Source: Macrostomum lignano (Eukaryota). Taken from it: a DNA stretch of 64,000 nucleotides. Each line of letters opens with the position of its first letter. Position 1 is the stretch's first letter. The notes under the pieces were generated by a model. It ran no database searches. It was not told where the DNA came from and was given only the letters and a program-made list of their open reading frames with translations. Of this stretch, positions 36,340-46,494 are shown piece by piece. Made by a program: the position numbers and the translations under genes. The stretch covers positions 27,137 to 91,136 of the forward strand of contig NIVC01003562.1 of NCBI GenBank assembly GCA_002269645.1, written 5' to 3'.

Positions 36340-38689
36340 TACTTTGAAATACATCTATAAAATAAAAAACTCAAAATAAAACTCGGCCTATAATCAAGAA
36401 TAAAGATTAAAAATTTGTATTAATATTAAATAATAAGAACTAGACTTAGCTATCAGTTGAAAATAAAAAAACTTTTCATAGTTGAATTTCTAATTTTCAA
36501 TATAACTAAAGACAAAACATAGACCATAGCATAGGTAGCTATAGGTCAAAAAGGCAATTGATTAAAATGGCAATTTAGTCAAAATGGTGATAGTCAAAAG
36601 AGCAACAAACTAACAATCACAATATATTTATTAGAATTACAAGTTTGCTAGCAAATTAAAATATATATGTTAAACCTAGACCTAGACTTATGAGTAAATT
36701 CATTATTTTTTTTAAATATACAAGTAGGCCTAGGCCCTAGCAATAAAGAATATTTGAATTTTGATTCTTAACTGAATATTGTTGAAAAGCTTTATAAATA
36801 TCAATAGAGCTAAAAGAAAAGCAGAATATAACAAAAGATAAACATTGAATCTTTGTTTTATATCAAAAGTAATAACAATTTTTGTGCTGCAATACAAATA
36901 AAAACTTGATATCTTCATAATATATTTTTGGAAAAACCTGCCTCATAATTTTTTTTAAAAAGGAAATCAAGGTTTTCTAATTTTTGATACTTAAGACTAA
37001 GTGCATTAATAGTACTTGTATTAAAATGCTTATTTAAATCTTAAATAAACATTGTGACAATAACAACTTGTATATTTTACCAAAATCATTTTTACAAATG
37101 TACATTTTGACAAACACAAATTATAACTAAGCATAATATATTTGAAGTAATGAACTTGTAATTATTATGACTATCACCTTTTTGACTATTGCCCTTTTTA
37201 CCTTTTGACTATTGCTTTTTATATGGTTCCTACACAGACTAAAGAAAGTGTAGATAACAACTACTAATAAAATTGTTTATTGATGCTCCTACTTAATAAT
37301 AAATATAAAGTAGGCCTACAAAAACAAACTATACATGTAAACTTAGGGCCTAACCTAATAATCTAAAGAATAAGAAATTGTTATAATTTTATATTTTGGA
37401 ATCAAGACATTTTGTTGAATTCAAAGGTATCTCTAGAGACTGATTTAATCGTTTTACTCACTGACTTAATAGGCATAGTAGTCTTTATTGCTAAAATAGT
37501 AAAATGAGACACTGTTGGACAAAAAAATTCTATTTAAATTTTACTAACAGAAAAGCACTGAAATAAACCTGCCAAAGAATAAGCTGCAAAGATGATAAAA
37601 TGAAACACATTTGGGTTTGCTTAATAATTGATACTACTGACAGGAGATACTAAAGCAGAGACACAGCCAAGGAAGGATCTGTTGGGAAATGAAGTCCATG
37701 AGTCATGAGATATGGGATTGAACTTTCTCAGTGTGTGGTAGAGCGGGGACTAGGCCTACCACTGGTGAACGATTTTGTGAAATTTGACTGGTTTAACTTA
37801 CGTCACTGCCTCCCGTTGCCCCAGCTGTTTTCCCCACCCGTTGCCCCTTCTGCTGGTCCTGCGTTCCCGCCTTTGGCCCCTCCCGTTGGTGTCTTTTGCC
37901 CTTGCGTGGCCCCTTTGTTTTTCTTACCTGAACCCGTTGGACGTTTCTTTCTAGACAAATTTCTTTCTAGACAAGCGTCCTAGACAAATTTGACGCTTGT
38001 TCCTAACCGTACGACAGAAACTAAAGTGCTGTAGAAGTGTCTGAATAAGTGTCGGCGAATGTTTCATACGTGCTTCTTTCCACTGTTTGCCCCATCGGTT
38101 GCCCCACCGGTTGCCCCATCGCCTGCCCGGTTGTCCCACCCCCTGCCTCACTTGATGTACGCTACTATTTAAATAATTATTTTGTGCGACGCTCATGCTA
38201 TGCTTCTCCTTGCTCCTTTCTCTCCCTTCCGCGCTCGCTCCCCATTTTGTGTTTTGTTAAATATATAATCCCACAAATTTAAGTTCAAAGTCAAACTCGA
38301 GGCAACTTCTTTTAAAGAAGTACTCGCCAGTAAAAAAACCTATCCAAGACTGATCATCTGGTAGGGAAAATGGCAGAGTACAAGAAAATTTATATTGCCA
38401 TGCATTAACATGTGTATGTATATTTTTCCAGCACACATCAGTTAATTTGGAGCTCATGTATGGGATCAAGATAGAGCTGGTGCATGTAACAGTCGAGAAA
38501 GGCTGTACAGGGGTGGAAAATATATTGTTAAAACGCCTCTTTTAGGCACACAGTCTTATCAAAGATGAGCATCGAAAACTACAGAGACACTAGCTGTATA
38601 ATAAGAACTCCTTGAACTAAAACAGCAACATAGGGGTGTGCTTCAGGTCTTGGTAGCAAACGTATAATTACATAATAAGTAAAGGATCG

Positions 38690-38856
38690 ACGCGACGCTG
38701 ATCGCTGGAATCTGCATGGGGCGCCGAAGTCACCCAGCAGATAGGCGAGCAGATCGAGGAACAATCCAGTGCTTGTCCTTGACGAGCGTTCGCGACTCGG
38801 TGCGGAATGATCATGTGTTTCAGCTAGCTGTCAGCTGGAGTCGCCGACGGTGCAAC
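38690..38856 (-). mobile_element. Decayed 3' fragment of the same RTE-like LINE family as 49085-49790
   Basis: Reverse complement GTTGCACCGTCGGCGACTCCAGCT matches GTTGCGCCGTCGGCGACTCCAGCT near 49541; LLGDFGAP versus LLADAGAP. Confidence 0.55.
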
Positions 38857-39011
38857 TAGTAAAGTGAATGATAGAGTTCCTAGTCAGAAGCATATACAAA
38901 TACAGCTAAGTGTGCATAGAGAAAGTCTACATAATGAATTATTAATCTGTTACATATGTTACATTCAAGTTCAAAAACAAAAGGATGAAACGTACAGCGA
39001 AACAAGACTAC

Positions 39012-39388
39012 ATGTCAGCGATTAGTTGCAGGTGTCAGCGATTAGTTACAGGTGTCAGCAATTTGTTGCAGGTGTCAGCGATTTGTTGCAGGTGTCAGCG
39101 ATTTGTTGCAGGTGTCAGCGATTTGTTACAGGTGTCAGCGATTAGTTGCATTTGTCAGCAATTAGTTAAAGGTGTCAGCGATTATTTGCATTTGTCAGCG
39201 ATTAGTTGCAGGTGTCAGCGATTAGTTACAGGTGTCAGCGATTAGTTGCAGGTGTCAGCGATTTGTTGCAGGTGTCAGCGATTAGTTAGCTCGTACAGGT
39301 GTCAGCGATTAGTTGCATTTGTCAGCAATTAGTTAAAGGTGTCAGCGATTATTTGCATTTGTCAGCGATTATTTGCAGGTGTCAGCAA
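39012..39388. repeat. Minisatellite, 20-bp unit (GCAGGTGTCAGCGATTAGTT), abutting and overlapping the stop codon of PAN-GRD gene A
   Basis: About 18 copies. Confidence 0.9.
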
Positions 39389-42168
39389 TTCGTTGCAGCC
39401 ACACAAAGCCGCTGTTGCTGCCCGTGTTACCGCCTGTGGTGGCCACACAGCTGCTGCCACCGCAGAAGGAGCCGCCGCCGCCTCCGCCGTGCTCTTTGAG
39501 AGTTCCGGCTCCGCCTCCGCTGTAGCCTCCGCCGGCTCCTGCAGAGCCTTTGTCAGAGCCTGGCGCAGCGCCGCCACCGCCTCCGCCGCCAAAGCCGCCA
39601 TGGGCTGGGCTGCCAACCCCGGCGAGGCCGCCGACCCAGCCTTCGGCCCGACCGCCGCCTCCGTCTCCGGACTCATTGTCTCGTCGCACGCCTGTAGGTC
39701 TGCCCAGCCAGCCGGCTCCGCAACCGCCGGGATTTCTATTGTGGTCTGCGGTGCTCTGGTCGCTGCTGCCTGGCTGTCCGTTGGCGCCTCCGATGCCAGT
39801 TTTTGTTGCCTGCAGTTGTTAGTAAGTTTCTCTTCTAAAAGTCTCCTCGATACCTATTAGCAGCACGAATTAAAAGAACATTCTACCACTTAAAATGCAC
39901 CCCGATTGAAACAAAAAAATAGTTGCTTTGACTCACATCAAAACTACCAATTGAGTTCGTGCCGTTCATGCCTGCCTGACCGTCGGCACCTAAAAATGCA
40001 GATGAAACTGCTTTTACTGAATGAAATGCAGATGAGACTGCTGCTCTCCAAAAAAGATCTCTTTACTCCCCATGCAGGTACTGATTTTGAAAACCGCTAG
40101 AACTAAATTTGGATCTATAATTCTTTGGCAGTGCTACTGTAATACGCTCTTAGTTAAATAGTTAAACCGGCTTTGAAGGTCTCAAGTAATCTAATTCATA
40201 ACTTGCATTAATACCCCAATATACTCTACCATTTCTCAAAAGCTAGCTCTGAAAATGCCAAAGATTTAGTAACACAGTCGGGTAACTGCAATCAGCAAAC
40301 CGTTATTATTTTGTGAAGCTCCTCCACCACCGCCAGCGGCCATTAGCAGCGAATTGTCCGATGTCCGGTACACGAAGCTGCCTCCTCCGCCTCCGCCACC
40401 GCTATCGTCCTTTTGGGCCGGACCTCCGGCCTGACCGACAACGATGGCCAGCTGAGTGCCTGCTGTCAGGCTGACATTGCCAGCCACCAGGGCTCCCCTG
40501 CCGCCATATTTGGCACTACCAGCTAGGGTGTTGTTGCCACCGTGAGCTCCGGCGAGTTCGATTCGGTAGCAGCCGGTAACGTCAATCAATGTGTAATGAA
40601 TGGAACCAAACCGGCCCACCGTAGCGTCTGGAATTATATTTTCGGTTTAGTTGGAAGTGAAATAAGCTGAAATCAAACTACATTAATCAGGAACTCGAGA
40701 ACTTTTTGTTTCTAGAACTTTTAACGACAATTCTGACTGCCAGCCTTTTGTATATAGCAAGAATTCAACAGTTTCACTATGAACTCTGATCTTTGTTTCG
40801 ACTGTTTCAAGACTATTGAGATACCGTACCAATTTAACATTATTCTGTCATTCATTTGTCAGCTGTCATTTTATTACTTGGCGGTGATCGCATACATGTA
40901 TTAATCAAATAAACTATACGATATTTATAAACTGCAGAGTGGTATAACGGACCGGAAAACTGCCAATTATTCCATATTCAAGAAGTTTGCTTGCATGATT
41001 AAGATTACGAGCGTAAATGTAGAATTAGAAATCTTATAGACGTGGGTCCGGTCCACGACGTTTGACTATAGCTACCAGTAGTTTGACTGCCGAGTATTTG
41101 TAGACCACTAGAAATTGAATTCTGACTCTAACCCTAACCCTAATCTAAATTCTAACCTATCAACCCATCGCAGTCAAACTGCCTCTAAATTCGCATTCAG
41201 ATACACAGTGTGACGGTGTCAAATTCTGTCAGATACTTTATGGATTATTACGAGCGTAACATTGACGTTTGTGATTTTTTAATGTAATCTTTATAAATTA
41301 ACCTGATCTGTTCATCTATTCAATATAATCAATACTTAAGTTTGTTTTAATTGTATCTCAAAAAGCGAATTATTTTGAAGCGTAATTATTGTGTCGATTT
41401 TTAAACACAGTCTTCCTTCGCTGGCGCTAGCATTGTCTGGTGACCAATCAGTGGCAATCACACACTAGCTACGGTCTCTACTGCGAAAACTCAATCTATT
41501 ACATGATAGACTAAAGACCCTTTATGATATTATGCGTTTAACTACTACAGAAGCCTGTCCCTTTCGATTGTTATAGAACGGCTGTCAATTAGTAATAAAC
41601 AAATAAATTATACACTCTCAGCTAAAAGCATACTTTACGACTACACTACTGTTCACTTCGTCACACATAGTTCTTGTACTGAAGTCTCTCTTACTTTGAA
41701 ACTCGAGGGTGACATTGGAAACCGGAGCCAGCTTGATCAGATCTTCAAAGTTCTCCAACCTCATCACAATTGCATCAGGCTCCGTCCCCATGAGTCTCCA
41801 CTCGTTGGTCCCAGCTGGAACTCCTGGCTGCTGAGACACTGTCACTAGCAGACAGAGACCGCTGCTCTTTCTAAATACGGCGGCAGAGCAACGCATATGT
41901 CCGCACCGCATGGTGCATTCTTCAGCTGACGTCACTCCACTGACGTTTAACACATGGCTGGTGATAGTCGAGTTTATTTCCAGAGCACCATTGTACTGGA
42001 TGTAGCGAGTTCGGTTGCAGTTGCCTACAAATTAAAAGCCATTTTTGTTTTAAACAACACGAAATGATAAGACACTAATACTGAATAAGTTTTACCTTCC
42101 ACAGAGACAATGCAGCACAGAGTCATAATGGTAGCAGCCGTCAGACTTTGAATACTTCCAGAGCACAT
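39369..42168 (-). CDS. Secreted PAN/apple plus ALK/LTK-type glycine-rich domain protein, paralogue A (exons 42096-42168, 41695-42024, 40301-40627, 39937-39989, 39369-39809; about 407 aa)
   Basis: Signal-like MCSGSIQSLTAATIMTLCCIVSVEG; PAN cysteines EECTMRCGHMRCSAAVFRKSSGLC; glycine-rich motifs GCYRIELAGAHGG, LAIVVGQAGG, GGGGGGSFVY, LLMAAGGGGGA, GAGW, GGFGGGGGG, GGGYSGG, GGGGGSFC. Intron phases 1,1,1,0. Confidence 0.88.
41472..41505 (+). ncRNA. Spliced-leader-like sequence (degenerate SL RNA gene or SL relic)
   Basis: CGGTCTCTACTGCGAAAACTCAATCTATTACATG matches at 31 of 35 positions the Macrostomum lignano SL as I recall it (CGGTCTCTTACTGCGAAGACTCAATTTATTGCATG) and ends in ATG like flatworm SLs. 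The GT donor is missing (ATAGAC follows). Confidence 0.6.
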
Positions 42169-43238
42169 TGCGGATTATATTCTTGCTACGAGCCGCAGTG
42201 AGGGAGCAAAAGTTTTTGCAACTAGCCTTCTCTGCCTAATTATGAGCGCTATTTCCAGGAAATTATTGGCTTGTCGAGATAAAAAGCAACTTGAAGAAAA
42301 AGAGGAGTAACAAGTCTGCTTCAGTTGTTCGGCAACACAGCACATGCACAAGGAAGCGGTAGCATAGATTCGACTCAATACTTCCGCCTTTAAAAGCTAC
42401 TAAAAATTGGGACTCAAAATGAAGACAACCTCTGTTAATTTTCTTTTCACTGTTGTGTTGTAGGCTGCAAGTTGCTAATTGCCTCACTTAACAGTTGGAT
42501 AGCTCCAGTAAAAAGTGCTTTAAATGATGGGCTAACCATTAAAATCCCTCCTGCTGTCATCCTTGTGAGATGTAGTGTTTGCGCTAAAAAGGAACCCAGT
42601 GAATAGCCAATACGCTCGTAAGCTAGATGTAGTAAATTATGCATTAGCTCTGTTGTTTAAGTGCAGACCCGGTAAACACGTTAAACTCAGGGGAGAGAAT
42701 TTAATGCGTTGGGAATTCCATGTGCCACAATATGCTTATGCTCATTTCCCCACCAAAAAACGTATGGTAGAAAGACCTATTACAAAAAAAATTGGCGAAG
42801 TGCTGTCAAATGAAACCCGAAGTTCGACACCCCGACCAAATGGACTGCAGTAGAAAACTTGCCAGACCGGTCGACTGTACGCGACAGCCCATATTGCGGT
42901 TCATCTCTTGGTATTAATGTGATTTAATAGGGATTAGTTTTAATTTAAGGCTCTAAGACAGAACCTGTGGTGACTTGGCTGGGTTGATTTTTGTTAGGGA
43001 TGTTAGCTTGTACTTTATTCAGTGTTTGGGGGTGGTGTTTTTACCTGTTTCGCTCTGTGCGGCTTTCTACAATATCTTGATGTACTCTCTTACTCATGTA
43101 CGTTCTTCAATCTGGCTACTTTTGTTCTCCAACCTTATCCACTAAATGTATCGTGCTCAATACTTACAATATAAATCGCAGTCGCTTGCCTCGTATCAAG
43201 CTTATATCGTTCTACAATCTAAAGTGAAGTCTTTACAC

Positions 43239-46200
43239 TGGCGACGAGCCATGAGCTTGTTGGGCTCAGTTGAACCCTTTGAAGAGGGGAGTGAAAAATG
43301 GCAGCAGTATCAAGCCAGATTGGAGCAGTTCTTCGAGGCGAACGACATCAGACCTTAAAGCAGCGTGCGGTTCTTCTGAGCGTCTGCGGCAGGAAGACCT
43401 ACCAGCTGATCGCCAGCCTGCTGTCTCCGCAAGAGCCGGCCAAGTCTGACTACGCTACGATCTGCGAAAAGTTAAAAGATCATTTTGATCCTGCACCGCC
43501 CGAGATTGTGCTCCGTTTCCGGTTTTACAGCCGCGGCCGTCAGCCTGGCGAAACCATCGCCGATTTTCTCGCCGAGCTGCGCAGATTGGCGCAGGATTGC
43601 AACTTCGGTGACAGCCTGAGTGCCATGCTCAGAGACCGCCTCGTGCTCGGCATTAATGATGACACCATCCAGCGGAGACTGCTGTCAGAGAAAAATTTGA
43701 CGCTTGACACCGCGTTGACTCTGGCACAGGCTCAGGCCTTGGCTGCTGAAGGCAACTCGCTTGTGGCGAAATCCGCTAGCCATGAGGCCTTCCAGATCGC
43801 CAGACAGACGGCGCTAGCGAAGCGCTGTTTCAGATGCCTCTCCCAGAGACATGTGGCAAGCAAGTGTCCCTTTCTGGAAAATAAGTGTTTCAACTGCTCG
43901 AAGGTGGGCCACACAGCTGCGGCCTGCAAGTCGCCAGCAGCTGCCAATCGTCGCACAGACCAGGCCGTTAGAGAGGTGGAGGTGGACCAAGAGGAGGCGC
44001 ACACGCTGCATGTGATGGCTGAGCCGAGGACCAAGATTCCCCCGATTGAGACGACTGTCATCATCGAGGAGACGCCTGTTCGAATGGAGATTGACACTGG
44101 TGCATCCGTCTCGCTCATCTCATCGGATACTTTTCGCTCTGAGCTCCGTGGGCTGCCCAAGCTGGAGCAGGGCAACGCACAGCTACGTACGTATTCAGGG
44201 GAGCCGATTCCTCTACTCGGCAAAATCAACGTCTGCGTGCGTATCGGAGAGATCTCCAAGGAGCTCCCGCTACTCGTCGTCAAGGGCTCCGGATCGAATC
44301 TGATCGGCCGGGACTGGCTGGCCGGCTTGCCGCTTGACTGGAGAAGCATCAACCAGGTGCAAAAAGACGGTGAGAACCCCAGAATCCGAGCCTTGCTGGA
44401 AAAGTATGCAGCTATTTTTGAGCCCGGATTGGGTCAGTACAACGGTCCACCTGTGCAACTGCATTTGAAGCCTGATGCCCGGCCTCGCTTATTCAAAGCT
44501 CGCAACGTTCCGTTTGCGCTCAAGGCTAAGGTGGAGGCTCAACTCGAAAAGGAGATTGAACAGGGCGTGCTCAAGCCAGTCAGCAGCTCAGATTATGCAT
44601 CGCCGATTGTTCCCGTTCTGAAATCAGACGGCACCGTGCGCATCTGTGCCGACTTTAAGCAGACCGTCAACCTCGCCGTGGAGCCGGACAAGTACCCCTT
44701 GCCGCGAATCGAGGAACTTTTTGCAAAGCTGGCAGGCGGGAAAAAGTTCACTAAGCTCGACTTGTCGCAGGCTTACTCCCAGATGCCGCTCGATGAAGCT
44801 GCCCAGCAGATCTGCACTATAAACACTTCCAAAGGCCTGCTTCGCTATACCCGCCTCCCGTTTGGTGTCGCTCCAGCCGTTGGAATTTTCCAGCGCCACA
44901 TGGACAGCCTGCTGCAGACCATTCCCCATGTGGCCTGCTTCATCGATGACCTGATTATCACCGGGGTTGACTACGAGAGCCATTTGCAATCGCTGGAACA
45001 GGTGCTGCAACGGCTGCACCAAAGTGGACTGCGCTGCGGCCTGAGCAAGTGTAACTTCATGCAGAACAGCGTCTGCTATCTGGGTCATCGGATCAATGCC
45101 GCTGGCCTGCATCCCCTGCAAGACAAAGTGCGTGCCATCGTGGACGCTCCGGCACCGCAGGACGTGACCCAGCTACGCAGCTTCCTCGGAATGGTCAACT
45201 ATTACAGCAAGTTCCTGCCGAACCTGTCAGCCGAGTTGGCCCCGCTGCACCGCTTGCTAAACCAAGGCGCCAACTGCTGCTGGGGCGCTTCGCAGGATGC
45301 CGCCTTTAAGAAGTGCAAGGCGCTGCTCGCCAAAGCGCCGGTCCTCGCGCATTTCGACGACACAAAGCCGTTGGTGCTGGAGTGCGATGCCTCTCCGTAC
45401 GGCATCGGCGCCGTCATCAGTCATCGGGTTGACGGTTGCGATCGATCGCTTTCGCTTCGCGTTCCCTGAACGATGCCGAGGCGAAGTACTCGCAGCTGGA
45501 CAAAGAAGCTCTGGCGATCGTTTTCGGGGTAAAAAGATTTCACTCCTACCTTTACGGCCGGAAATTCACCCTCGTCAGCGACCACAAGCGTTGCTAGGAC
45601 TCCTGCATGAGTCTAAGCCGATTCCCGCCATGGCGTCCGGAAGGATTCAGAGGTGGGCGCTCATCCTGGCGGGCTACAGCTACTCGATGGAACACCGATC
45701 TGGCAAATCACTACTGCGTGCAGACGCACTGAGCCGACTGCCACTGCCTGAAAGACCGACGAAGGCCCCGACACCTGCGGACGTTGTCCTGGTCATGGAC
45801 ATGCTGGGCGAAGGGCCAGTGACCGCCGGCGACATTCGAGCCTGGACCCGAACTGACCCGATCCTGTCAAAGGCACTGCGCTTCACGGAGGTCGGCAACT
45901 GGCCTGAGCGGACCGTGCCGGAGTTGCAGCCGTACAGATCCAGGGCCGACCAACTGAGTACTCAAGACGGCTGCCTTCTCTGAGCAACTCGAGTCATCGT
46001 TCCAGAGGCAGGCCGGACAGCCCTTCTCCATTGTTTGCACCAAGGACACCAGGGCGCATCTAGAATGAAGGCGCTGGCCCGCAGCTTCTTCTGGTGGCCA
46101 AAGCTGGACGAGGCAATTGAGCAGCTCGCCGGCGCTTGTTCGGACTGCCAGGAGCTGCAGAAGTCACCGGGGCCTGCGCCGCTGCATCCCTGGGCCTGGC

Positions 46201-46494
46201 CTGACAGGCCGTGGTCGCGCCTTCATCTGGATTTCGCGGGTCCGATCGAAGGGAAAATGCTGCTGGTGATTGTCGACGCCCATTCCAAGTGGATGGAGGT
46301 ACATGTATTGGCGCCAGACACTTCCACGGCAACCATCCAGCGGCAGCGGCAGAGCTTCGCTACACATGGGCTGCTGGACATCGTCGTGACGGACAATGGG
46401 CGCAACCTGGTCAGCGATGAAATAGAAGATTTTCTGCAGCGGAACGGCATCCAGCACGTACGAACTGCCCCGTACCACCCGGCGTCAAAGAACC
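43239..46494 (+). mobile_element. Decayed, 3'-truncated Ty3/Gypsy (Mag-like) retrotransposon: gag-PR-RT-RH-IN with frameshifts
   Basis: PBS TGGCGACGAG at 43239 after an LTR-like end TTACA; gag MSLLGSVEPFEEGSEKW; two CCHC knuckles; PR IDTGAS; RT ASPIVPVLKSDG, FIDDLIITG; RH LECDASPYGIG; IN HQGHQG...CSDC, LHLDFAGP, TDNG. Ends at PYHPAS. Breaks near 43355, 45450, 45590 and a stop at 45983. The 5' LTR start (about 42920-43000) and a 3' LTR were not found. Confidence 0.92.

Noticed and set aside
39339-39860. Ala- and Pro-rich ORFs overlapping the glycine-rich exons (also 51256-51570 and 62696-63245)
   Set aside because: They are alternative-frame or antisense shadows of GGC-rich glycine codons.
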